This document shows, one piece after another, positions 55,500 to 63,700 of a stretch of DNA of 64,000 nucleotides (positions are counted from its first letter, which is position 1; each line of letters starts with the position of its first letter). The notes below the pieces were generated by a model. The model saw nothing but the letters and a program-made list of their open reading frames with translations. It had not been told where the DNA came from and did not search any database. A program made the translations under genes and the position numbers. Source of the DNA: a virus. Taxonomy: Duplodnaviria; Caudoviricetes. The stretch spans positions 7,257-71,256 of IMG/VR virus record IMGVR_UViG_3300009563_000549, one strand, 5' to 3'.

Positions 55500-55750
55500 A
55501 ATGAACTTTCCCCGTCGCCGCCGCCGAAGTAGGGGAGGTCTTCGTACAAGCATTCACCACAACCAAATCCAAAGTTGTAGTCGCCACCATCTACGTTACC
55601 GGCACCTGTGCAAAGTGTCAGAGTTTCTTCACTGTCACCTTCACCATCGCCATATCCGTCACCGTATCCGTATCCATTCGTTAGGGTCCCATGGCAAAAA
55701 TTTGCAATTTTTTCTTCGATCGTCTCAAATCCGATAAACCGCCAGTTCAT
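55496..55750 (-). CDS. Gly-rich array member (first transcribed)
   Basis: MNWRFIGFETIEEKIANFCHGTLTNGYG. Confidence 0.88.
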   Translation of the reverse strand: MNWRFIGFETIEEKIANFCHGTLTNGYGYGDGYGDGEGDSEETLTLCTGAGNVDGGDYNFGFGCGECLYEDLPYFGGGDGESSL

Positions 55751-55811
55751 TTTGCATCCCTGGTTCAATTTAACTTCTTTTGGCACGTTTTGTTAGGAAA
55801 TTAAATTAATA

Positions 55812-55840
55812 AACAAAAAAAGCGTCGGCCCAGGCGACGC
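55812..55840 (-). terminator. Terminator upstream of the array
   Basis: GCGTCG/CGACGC stem followed by T7 on minus strand. Confidence 0.65.
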
Positions 55841-56001
55841 AAGTGGGTTTTGCTGGATGTCACCAGTGACACTTGAAGACTTGCAGTTAGTGTGTCATAG
55901 GTTCCTATTTACGACTCTTGTCGTAGTCTCTCGTGTCAAACAGAGAACCCACAGAGGTGTCGAGATCTGCTTTTGGAAACTATCATTATCAATCATTGAG
56001 T

Positions 56002-56586
56002 TTAAATAAACCGACCCTCACCTTTGGGAATAAAAACTTCGTATTCATCTTTTGAGAATTTAGACTTGATGTCTTTGTAACTTGGAGTCTCTTTGTCTCC
56101 CCAAAACATTTTCCTCTTATCAGGTGCAGCAGCAGAAGCAAAACGATCATTCTCATAACGACCGTGAACATACTTTCGAAGATTATCAGCATCAACACGC
56201 GCCCATCCAGGAGCTGTTGGGTCGATCTCTGCTCCCGGAACATTTGGAATACGTGTGTAGAGACTACCTACGTATCGGGCACGTTTTAGTGAAAGACTTG
56301 GGTCCGCGCGTTTGTTCGCTTTCATAAGCTCGTATCGACTACGACGAGTCCCGCTAACAATTCCTGATGAATCTGTTGATCCAACAAGGAATGGTTCAAA
56401 GTGGGGAAAAATAAATGCCCAAACTCCAGGTCCTGGAGCTGTACCCTTCTCTTGTGGAACGGAAGACCACCCGCCAAGGCGCGTAACAACAATACCAGGG
56501 CCTTTTCTGTAATTTTCTGTACTTGCAATTTCAGAAATAATTTGAGCTCTTATGAGAGACCGAAGATGTGATTCTGTAATTTTCAT
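56002..56586 (-). CDS. Hypothetical protein with MKITESHLRSLIR N-terminus
   Basis: ATAAATA motif at 56601-56607, RBS GGAG/GAGG. Confidence 0.7.
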   Translation of the reverse strand: MKITESHLRSLIRAQIISEIASTENYRKGPGIVVTRLGGWSSVPQEKGTAPGPGVWAFIFPHFEPFLVGSTDSSGIVSGTRRSRYELMKANKRADPSLSLKRARYVGSLYTRIPNVPGAEIDPTAPGWARVDADNLRKYVHGRYENDRFASAAAPDKRKMFWGDKETPSYKDIKSKFSKDEYEVFIPKGEGRFI

Positions 56587-56620
56587 TTTAACCTCTCTCC
56601 TATTTATTCAAGGAGAGTCT

Positions 56621-56842
56621 TTATTTAAGGAGAGAGTCTTTTTTGTTTTCAAAAAATTGAAGCTCGTAAATGTTGAATTGACATCTCATTCCGTCAATGA
56701 AGACAACAATTGGATTTGCAAGGTACTCTTCATCAATTGTCTCAAAGAAGATTCCGGCTTTTCCATTGTGAGGAGAAGAGCTTACAACTTTTACAAGATC
56801 GCCAGGCTTCAATAAAGAGGCCACCAGATTTTTTTTGCACAT
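56621..56842 (-). CDS. Small SH3/KOW-like protein
   Basis: LKPGDLVKV...GKAGI. Confidence 0.6.
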   Translation of the reverse strand: MCKKNLVASLLKPGDLVKVVSSSPHNGKAGIFFETIDEEYLANPIVVFIDGMRCQFNIYELQFFENKKDSLLK

Positions 56843-57018
56843 GATACAATCTTTCCGTGAGTGAAAACAACATCACCGGCGTATTTGCCATTTTTATCAG
56901 TCTGGCCAACGTAGACGCCAATTGAGTTGCACGGAATACTAAAAAATTCACCTGTTAGAGTATCAAGACCTGGGTAAATAGGCCACCCTTTGAGGATGAC
57001 AAGATCGCCAGGTTTCAT
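56809..57018 (-). CDS. Small SH3/KOW-like protein
   Basis: MKPGDLVIL...IGVYVG. Confidence 0.6.
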   Translation of the reverse strand: MKPGDLVILKGWPIYPGLDTLTGEFFSIPCNSIGVYVGQTDKNGKYAGDVVFTHGKIVSCAKKIWWPLY

Positions 57019-57042
57019 GGCAATCTTACCTTTCATTCTTTT

Positions 57043-57327
57043 CTATTCCTCGAAATCCGCTGAGTATTCAAAGATTTGCCAGCGCAACGACCGGATCATG
57101 GTTTGCCTGGCGCCCCAGCGCTCTTCCATGGCATCAACGATCTTCGAGGCAGATTTGGTGTCATCAGACTCCAACGCCGTGCGGACATCGCAAACCATCT
57201 TGAGGAATTCATCGTTCGTCAGACGAACAGCCTCTGCCATGTCGGGTGGCACGGGAATTTTGCCGAAAACCTCGCTAACAACGTACACAAAATCGCCTTT
57301 GACACAGATCTCAACATCGTAGTACAT
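57043..57327 (-). CDS. Hypothetical protein
   Basis: ORF track; RBS AGGAG. Confidence 0.6.
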   Translation of the reverse strand: MYYDVEICVKGDFVYVVSEVFGKIPVPPDMAEAVRLTNDEFLKMVCDVRTALESDDTKSASKIVDAMEERWGARQTMIRSLRWQIFEYSADFEE

Positions 57328-57376
57328 AACTAGCTCCTATAGGTTTAGTGTGCTAAAGTGATCCAACTGCCTGTTC

Positions 57377-57640
57377 TCAGATAAACGAGAATCTGGGTTC
57401 TTCGATTGAATTCACGATTTTTAGGTGCTCTTCTACACAACGCCGGGTGAGCTCGAGATCATTGACATCTTTCCATACACCATCAGTAGATGATTCCACC
57501 CACATAATGTATCGGCGGCGGACACCTTCATGACCACCGTCTGGCTCACCTGTAACAGGATCATAAGAGAGGCACATCCAAGTGATGTATGTCGGTGTCT
57601 GCCAAAGTTCTACCCCTTCACATGTGAGGTTCATAGACAT
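57377..57640 (-). CDS. Hypothetical phage protein
   Basis: LWQTPTYITWMCL; RBS AAGGAG. Confidence 0.65.
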   Translation of the reverse strand: MSMNLTCEGVELWQTPTYITWMCLSYDPVTGEPDGGHEGVRRRYIMWVESSTDGVWKDVNDLELTRRCVEEHLKIVNSIEEPRFSFI

Positions 57641-57963
57641 TTGCGCTCCTTACTGTCATTGTGTTTTACCACACAATCATTTACAAATTCTCGATACTTC
57701 TCAAGTGTAGGATGAGACCCTTCTTTGTCAAGAGGGCTGCGTGTTGCATCCACCATTTTGACATACCCTTCAAGAACGCTCCACAGTTCAACAATTGCCT
57801 CTTCGAGTACCTCTCGTACCGAATTATTACCCTCAGATCGAACGTCAACAGGATCGATGTGTTCTAAGTTTCTCATAAGCTCTCCTTGTCTAAGAATCAA
57901 ACCTATACCATCAGGAAGACGCATGTTTGGTAAGCGTTTCACAACGATGTCACCGGACTTCAT
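57631..57963 (-). CDS. Hypothetical protein (SH3-like N-terminus)
   Basis: MKSGDIVVK...GIGLIL. Confidence 0.5.
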   Translation of the reverse strand: MKSGDIVVKRLPNMRLPDGIGLILRQGELMRNLEHIDPVDVRSEGNNSVREVLEEAIVELWSVLEGYVKMVDATRSPLDKEGSHPTLEKYREFVNDCVVKHNDSKERKCL

Positions 57964-58165
57964 TAACCACCAAAATCGTAGGGTCTGGTTCTTGCCGGTC
58001 ACGATAATAACCGAAGCCCAGTCTTAGCTGTCCATCGACAATGGCGTCGAAATAGAAATCGCCCCATCCTCTGGACCGCACCGCTGTGACGAGGCCGATC
58101 CGGCCTGCCAAGACGGGGGGCCAGTGTCCATTGTCTGGGAATTGAACGAGGTCACCGATCTTCAT
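57950..58165 (-). CDS. Small SH3/KOW-like protein
   Basis: MKIGDLVQF...RIGLVTAV. Confidence 0.65.
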   Translation of the reverse strand: MKIGDLVQFPDNGHWPPVLAGRIGLVTAVRSRGWGDFYFDAIVDGQLRLGFGYYRDRQEPDPTILVVNEVR

Positions 58166-58349
58166 TAATCACCTTAATCCTTGAAGAATGAATGTCCTCA
58201 ATGGTTCCCGCTATCATGACCGCAAAGCATCCATATTCGTGACCTTTTGCGTCGCGAGCCGGACCCAAGACCAAACCTAACTCACCTTTATGGATGTATC
58301 TGGAGCCGTTCATCGCGCACGTGGTGGTGACGAGATCACCTGGTTTCAT
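58152..58349 (-). CDS. Small SH3/KOW-like protein
   Basis: MKPGDLVTT...ELGLVLG. Confidence 0.65.
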   Translation of the reverse strand: MKPGDLVTTTCAMNGSRYIHKGELGLVLGPARDAKGHEYGCFAVMIAGTIEDIHSSRIKVINEDR

Positions 58350-58584
58350 CAATTGCTTTGCTATTGTCAAAGATGTAAACCTGACTCAGACTATCCGTGA
58401 TCCCACCGTCGATCTCTAAGATCTTCCAAAGAATCTCACCTCGGTTTCGACCTCCCCACCCAAGTTCTGGTCGAACTGTGCTGCGATCGATCCATGAGCT
58501 AACTGTTAGGAACATACTTCCTAAAGACCCGTCTCTGTTCACCCACTGACGAACTTGTCCCTTCTTTACTCGAGGGCGTTTCAT
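58336..58584 (-). CDS. Hypothetical protein
   Basis: MKRPRVKKGQVRQW; RBS AAGGAG. Confidence 0.55.
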   Translation of the reverse strand: MKRPRVKKGQVRQWVNRDGSLGSMFLTVSSWIDRSTVRPELGWGGRNRGEILWKILEIDGGITDSLSQVYIFDNSKAIDETR

Positions 58585-58717
58585 CTCTTTGCACTCCTTA
58601 CTTAGGTATTTTACCACTGCTAGACCAGGTTTACACTCAATCCATGCAAATGGAGGCGATCCCAACGGGACGGACATGTTCTTTTAATTCGGTGATCTAT
58701 CAATGAAAAGGACAGTT

Positions 58718-58999
58718 TTAAACAAAAACAATTTCATCAGCTGTTTTAGATACCGTCCTGCCTCCATCTACGGTCCCCTCCGGAACATCAAAATAGAAGA
58801 CCAACCGCCAGCAGCTATTGATCATGTCAATATCAACAGCCACCACAGGAGCCTCGAACGTATGCGACCGATAAGTAAACCGCCCCACCTTACCAAGATA
58901 CTTAGAGGCACGTGAACATTCATCATCAATGATTCGATCGATTGCTTTGTCGATTTCGTTGGAGACGTCTATCTCCTGAGAGCGAATTTCTTTTTGCAT
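58718..58999 (-). CDS. Hypothetical protein
   Basis: RBS GAGGAG. Confidence 0.6.
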   Translation of the reverse strand: MQKEIRSQEIDVSNEIDKAIDRIIDDECSRASKYLGKVGRFTYRSHTFEAPVVAVDIDMINSCWRLVFYFDVPEGTVDGGRTVSKTADEIVFV

Positions 59000-59254
59000 C
59001 TTCTGCTCCTCGCTTAGGTATTTACGACTGTTAGATTAAGTTACATTCTTCTTCAAAAGAAGATCTGTCAATCGCTCAATTCAAAGAAGATTTTTTTAAG
59101 TACAGCAAAAAGAGTTGTTATCATAAATACGAATACCGCCATGTTAAAAACATAGTCTAGATCAAGCATTTGTGTATCCTATTTTGTTATTCCGGTGCAG
59201 CCTACACACTTCCCGCTCGTTGGGAATCTGAGGCTCGAGTGAGCCGATCACACC

Positions 59255-59728
59255 TCAGTAGTCCACGGACGGGCAGGCTTCGCAGCAGGTCTCCCACCAC
59301 GCCTCTTCCTGGTCATCCAACCCGCAAAGGATGGACGACGCGGTAGTGTGATAGTCCTTTCCGCAGACGGCAAGAGCTTCAAGCCGGGCGCCCGCTTCGG
59401 CCGGAGCCATAGCCTTTAGCTCCTGGGTGAAGAGGTCCAAGTCCATGACCTCATTCGGACCCTTGTCGCCAAAAGTATACCTACCGAAATCTCGAATGGC
59501 GTCGTCGGTGGCTTCCATCACCTTGGTCGCCCACTCATGAACCTCTTTCGGGGCGGCGGCAAACCCTGGAGGGCGCTTTGTCGCGGTCGGGGCCTCCAAC
59601 AGCGCGTCGAGTTTCCGAAGGAACTCTTGGTGTTGGGTTTCTGTCGGAGCACCTCCGACAGAGGCGACATACTTCTGCACGAGTTCGACGATGCGTTCGC
59701 GTTCCGCGATCTTCTTTCGAGGGTTCAT
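59255..59728 (-). CDS. Hypothetical protein (GC-rich region)
   Basis: ORF track; RBS GAGG. Confidence 0.65.
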   Translation of the reverse strand: MNPRKKIAERERIVELVQKYVASVGGAPTETQHQEFLRKLDALLEAPTATKRPPGFAAAPKEVHEWATKVMEATDDAIRDFGRYTFGDKGPNEVMDLDLFTQELKAMAPAEAGARLEALAVCGKDYHTTASSILCGLDDQEEAWWETCCEACPSVDY

Positions 59729-59729
59729 G

Positions 59730-60062
59730 TTAGACCTCATCAATATCAGCCATGTGAATGATCTCGTGCTCTGGCACGGGCCCGGGTTTCAAACTCGCGT
59801 AGAACTCCTCCGTCGCACGCTCATCGGCCGCATCGAGTTCTTCGATGGTCCAACCGAGAGGTGCCAAAGCATCAGCGAGTTCTTTCCGGTACCAATCCCA
59901 AGCTTTGTCGCGAGCTTGTTTGGACGAATATCCACACGAAGGACTGTAAGTCCTGTCCTCTGCATTCCAGGTAAGGTTTTTCTCGAGATCCCCGGATTTG
60001 TAGAGGAGCTCGCTTGAAATTGCACTGACTTCTTCGTAACTTGCGCGCTGAGACATAATCAT
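59730..60062 (-). CDS. Hypothetical protein
   Basis: Behind ACCGAATTAAAGGATCATGTCC cassette, RBS AGGAG. Confidence 0.65.
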   Translation of the reverse strand: MIMSQRASYEEVSAISSELLYKSGDLEKNLTWNAEDRTYSPSCGYSSKQARDKAWDWYRKELADALAPLGWTIEELDAADERATEEFYASLKPGPVPEHEIIHMADIDEV

Positions 60063-60208
60063 TTGTTCTCCTATGCGTGGGACCATTCCTATCGGACATG
60101 ATCCTTTAATTCGGTGAGGGAGAGGAGGGAAGGAACTTTGGGAAGAAACTCTAAATTCTTTTCTATAGAGATAGAAGAATTTTCATCGAAATATTCTCTT
60201 TCTATGAA

Positions 60209-60979
60209 TCAATACTTTGGTTTGACACATTCGTATCTTGGGCTGTTTGCTCCATGATAATAGTCGTGCAAGCCAGCCTTCCAAATCCTGTAGTTATTAG
60301 CCTCGATTGCATCCATCCTTGCCTGGTGAGCCCAGGGAGCCTCATCATACCCTGAATCGCTTTCTTTTCTGCTAGGCCCGCTGTAGCGGCGGGCCGCAGC
60401 CTCATTGCGAGAGGCGTTCGCCCTCGCTGCATCGGGAGAGAATTCGTTTGCTGGATCGTAAGGGTCCCTTCCAGCCAAAATCTCACTTGCACCAAAAAGA
60501 GGCAAGTGCGGGTCGCTATCCCAGATAACTTTCAGCTTGGCCTCATGCGTCCACTGATCGCACTTTTTCTGCCACCATTCTGAGTAGTAGCTTTCTTTCC
60601 GAGCCGACGTTGCATGAAGCTCTCTAATCTCATTCAAGATGCGGGCTGCCTTATCAAGGCCCGCCGACAGTTTCTGGAGGATACGAGCATCAGTCTCATT
60701 CTGATCCTTGCTGAGGATGTCCAAGATGCTCAGGGGTAGGCCAGTGAATGCCTCCCAAACCTCGGACTTTCCACCTCCAGGTGGGATTTCTCTATGCCCT
60801 TTACCACTCTTTTCGATGGCATGCGGGACCAACATATAGTGGCCGGTCGACGACCCGTTCGACTGACATTGAATTGTAACCACATACTCTTTTCGTTGGA
60901 TAGCTTTTAGCCGCTCATTGGCGTCATGGCATACGTTAAGCTGGTGCATCAATTGGCGCGCGATCTCTGAGTTGCTCAT
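60209..60979 (-). CDS. Hypothetical protein
   Basis: Behind CCGAATTAAAGGATCATGTCC cassette. Confidence 0.65.
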   Translation of the reverse strand: MSNSEIARQLMHQLNVCHDANERLKAIQRKEYVVTIQCQSNGSSTGHYMLVPHAIEKSGKGHREIPPGGGKSEVWEAFTGLPLSILDILSKDQNETDARILQKLSAGLDKAARILNEIRELHATSARKESYYSEWWQKKCDQWTHEAKLKVIWDSDPHLPLFGASEILAGRDPYDPANEFSPDAARANASRNEAAARRYSGPSRKESDSGYDEAPWAHQARMDAIEANNYRIWKAGLHDYYHGANSPRYECVKPKY

Positions 60980-61168
60980 CGTGTGAATCCTTGTTGGAGG
61001 GGTTATCGTCCCTACCGGACATGATCCTTTAATTCGGCGATCCATCAATGAAAAGGACAATTGATAAAGTTTTCAAATTTTGACGAGAAATTTTTGCAAC
61101 CGCCTTAGCAGGAGGCCCGACGCGCGTAAGAAAAACAATTCATCACAACGCGCGGGCCCGCAGGCTTT

Positions 61169-61840
61169 CTACCAGCCGTGAATATCTCGATGATCCTGAT
61201 ATCTCTTCTCTTCGTCAGGAGTTAATTCTCTACGCACAAGTTTCCCAGTTTTTCTATCGCGAATTACTGAAACTGGATTGTTCATGTCAGACCAATCCGT
61301 GCTTGTCCCTGAGATTGTTCCACCCTTTCTTGGAGAAATTTCAGTATCCTTCTCAGGACCAGGTCTACATGAGTGAAATGCGGGACTATATGGAACACGC
61401 AGACGTGCTCGGGCCTTATTCCATTCTTGCCGACCGAGCATTGCTCTTCCCCAGAGGCCCATCGCGTTCGGTCTAAAAAAATGGCTTAGATAGTAAGCGA
61501 ATTCCCCGTATTCTTCTCTCATCGCCTTTGGATCTTCGAAGTTAGGATACTTCTGCTTCATCTTCCCCAGAATTTTTTTGTACTCTTCAACTGGAACGTA
61601 TTCTATACCAGCCTCCAATTTCAAATTGGTAGCCTCCTCCGATGAATCAACTGCATCCGCTATCATGCTATAGAAGCTACAATTTTTCTCTATACGTTCT
61701 TCAATGTGCTCAAGCATATGAAGAATTGCATCACCGCGAAGATCAGGTGGGTGGGGCGACCCCTGCCAAACCTCAGAGATCATATTTTTGCTAATTTCTT
61801 CTCTGATAATTTGACGAAGTTTGTTTTCGGTAAGTCTCAT
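61169..61840 (-). CDS. Hypothetical protein with MRLTENKLRQIIREEI N-terminus
   Basis: AT-rich gene within the GC-richer end region. Confidence 0.7.
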   Translation of the reverse strand: MRLTENKLRQIIREEISKNMISEVWQGSPHPPDLRGDAILHMLEHIEERIEKNCSFYSMIADAVDSSEEATNLKLEAGIEYVPVEEYKKILGKMKQKYPNFEDPKAMREEYGEFAYYLSHFFRPNAMGLWGRAMLGRQEWNKARARLRVPYSPAFHSCRPGPEKDTEISPRKGGTISGTSTDWSDMNNPVSVIRDRKTGKLVRRELTPDEEKRYQDHRDIHGW

Positions 61841-61865
61841 TTTTCTTCCTTTAGAGTAGGATTTA

Positions 61866-62099
61866 TTATTTATCTTGATCTAAAGGTCCAACGTATCCCA
61901 GGTAGAAATTTTGTCTTTCACCGCGAATGAGCAGTTCAACCACAGGACTCCAGCCATCAAGACTGACGACAAGACCCAACTCACCAGGAGAGAAAACGGG
62001 TCCACCACCCCACCCGACGATGCGGCGGTTGACAGCAACGACATCACCAATTCGAGGGACGTAGGGAGCTTCACCGCTCTCAACACTCATAAAATTCAC
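61866..62099 (-). CDS. Small SH3/KOW-like protein
   Basis: PRIGDVVAV...ELGLVVS...VVELLI. Confidence 0.6.
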   Translation of the reverse strand: MNFMSVESGEAPYVPRIGDVVAVNRRIVGWGGGPVFSPGELGLVVSLDGWSPVVELLIRGERQNFYLGYVGPLDQDK

Positions 62100-62181
62100 A
62101 CCTACTTGAAATTAGATTTTTTCCGAAAAATTTTGAGCGCCCGCGGCGACCGGAGGCGCGGCTCGCGCAAGAAAACAACCC

Positions 62182-62466
62182 TCAGCCGCCGACGTGCTGG
62201 GCTTCTACCTGCTGTGTAAAATGGAAGTCGATCTCGTCGCTGTCCATCCCTTCAGCAATCATCCATTCGATTGCGGTGTCCTCATCACGAAAGGTCAGGT
62301 GGATTTCCCGGCAGTTCGGGTAGCACCAAGTTGTAGGGCAATTCCCGACCACGACCGCACCGAGCGGTCCGGGGCCGCCCTCCCCGTCTACCGGGAAGAA
62401 GTCCGAAACATCATCCCCCATTTCAGTAGCGCGTTCGAGATCGAACTCGAAGGCAATCTTGATCAT
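62182..62466 (-). CDS. Hypothetical protein, paralog of 63701
   Basis: MIKIAFEFDL...HLTFRDEDTAIEWMIAEGMD. Confidence 0.65.
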   Translation of the reverse strand: MIKIAFEFDLERATEMGDDVSDFFPVDGEGGPGPLGAVVVGNCPTTWCYPNCREIHLTFRDEDTAIEWMIAEGMDSDEIDFHFTQQVEAQHVGG

Positions 62467-62549
62467 GGAGAACTCCATGTGTTTTTCTAAAAGGTGCGCG
62501 CCGGAGGCCCGATCGGCGCGCGGAATGAAGGTCACGGGCGACCCGTGAG

Positions 62550-62771
62550 TTACTGCCAGCCGCCGTTGCAGCCGTATGCAGGATCATCGGTCGTAGACGT
62601 GACCGACTCTACAGTGCATTCTGCAAAGTTTGTGATAGCTAAGATGATGGCTAGAACGGTACTCATTGTTGTCTCCAAGCCCTGTTGGTTAGCACGTCGC
62701 CGGTGGGCAAGGTCGGCGGCGAGGGGATGAAGCGATAAAACCAGTGTAAGATGTCTGTTTTGCGAGTACAT
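62550..62771 (-). CDS. Hypothetical protein
   Basis: RBS GAGAGG; weak. Confidence 0.4.
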   Translation of the reverse strand: MYSQNRHLTLVLSLHPLAADLAHRRRANQQGLETTMSTVLAIILAITNFAECTVESVTSTTDDPAYGCNGGWQ

Positions 62772-63117
62772 TGGACCCTCTCAAAAGGATCTAGTCGGAA
62801 AGCACCAACTATGTAATTATAGCAGTGCTCTTAAAGTTTTCAAATTCTCTCGGGAAAATTTTTGACGCGGAGGTCGAGCGGACTCACGAGACTCACGAAA
62901 AAACGAGATTTTCCATCTCCACGAGTCTCTATGAGGAACACGAGGGTCTCCAAAAAGTCTCGAGAAAAAAAATTACACGGGCTTAGCCCGCAGCGCGCCC
63001 CAGCAGCCATCAGAGTATAGGCCTCTGGATAGGCCTCAGAAGGGGCCTAAAATGGGGCCTCTTTCCGGGGCCTCGTAGGGGACCCGAGAACCCCTACCCG
63101 CCTGGCCTATCCGGCAC

Positions 63118-63360
63118 TCACGCCGGAGCCCCGCCCCCTTCAGCGGGATGAGCCGGGAAACTCGCGCACCACTCCACGGCAGCCCGCCAGCTCCCGAACC
63201 GCCCCGTCTCCACCGAGCACCCGTCACCCGGCGGCCGGTCGGGTCCAATCCCGAAGTACTTCGAATCGAGGTGATGACCCCGTCGTTCGCCACGGAGAAT
63301 CTTCCACCCGAGCCGACGGCCCTCGTGAAGGGTCACAAACGCGGTGCATCCGTCTTCCAT
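63118..63360 (-). CDS. Hypothetical protein
   Basis: Behind repeated leader GGTCCCTCAACAAGGAGTAAGAATG. Confidence 0.7.
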   Translation of the reverse strand: MEDGCTAFVTLHEGRRLGWKILRGERRGHHLDSKYFGIGPDRPPGDGCSVETGRFGSWRAAVEWCASFPAHPAEGGGAPA

Positions 63361-63401
63361 TCTTACTCCTTGTTGAGGGACCGTCCTACCCGGTCGGGTG
63401 C

Positions 63402-63596
63402 TTAGTTCGTGCGGTGCCCGGCTCGGGCGGCCCGGTGGCAGGTGGGGTCATCACACACACCGACATGGATCGTGTAGACATCACGGCACTCGATCACCTG
63501 CTTCTGAGCCTTCAGGCACCGGCGCCGATGGGGGCCGGTGGTGCCGTACTTGTTCACTTTGAAGACGAGTGCCTGGCAGCGAGAACGAGTAGCCAT
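63402..63596 (-). CDS. Small Cys/His-containing protein
   Basis: Behind repeated promoter/leader cassette; RCQA...HRRRC...CDDPTCH. Confidence 0.7.
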   Translation of the reverse strand: MATRSRCQALVFKVNKYGTTGPHRRRCLKAQKQVIECRDVYTIHVGVCDDPTCHRAARAGHRTN

Positions 63597-63652
63597 TCTT
63601 TACTCCTTGTTGAGGGACCGTCCGAACCACCGGACATGATCTATTAATTCGG
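63597..63652 (-). promoter_or_regulatory. Repeated promoter-leader-RBS cassette
   Basis: ACCGAATTAATAGATCATGTCCGGTGGTTCGGACGGTCCCTCAACAAGGAGTAAAGA-ATG; near copy at 63944-64000. Confidence 0.75.
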
Positions 63653-63700
63653 TGGGAAGGAAAAGGGAAGGAGAAAAGATGAAGAATTTTGAAGTTTGTT

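Larger units (their letters stand above)
51004..55750 (-). repeat. Tandem array of 19 paralogous Gly-rich mini-genes
   Basis: Recurrent DNA motif ATGACYTGGCANTTT at starts; ATGA overlaps; (GGA-NAC)n tails. Confidence 0.95.

Noticed and set aside
51004-55750. CRISPR array interpretation of the recurrent ~15-45 bp motif
   Set aside because: Repeats are degenerate, overlap start codons, and are separated by 130-350 bp of in-frame coding sequence; no cas genes in the window.
51004-55750. Diversity-generating retroelement (AAC-to-NNC variation)
   Set aside because: No reverse transcriptase or TR/VR pair in the window; variation includes indels and TGG/CGG codons and is not confined to adenines.
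51004-55750. Double-glycine RiPP/bacteriocin precursors (LYLCGG)
   Set aside because: The position that should be invariant Gly varies (CHG, CEG, CDG, CAG); no signal peptide, C39 transporter or modifying enzyme nearby. Kept only as a weak alternative.
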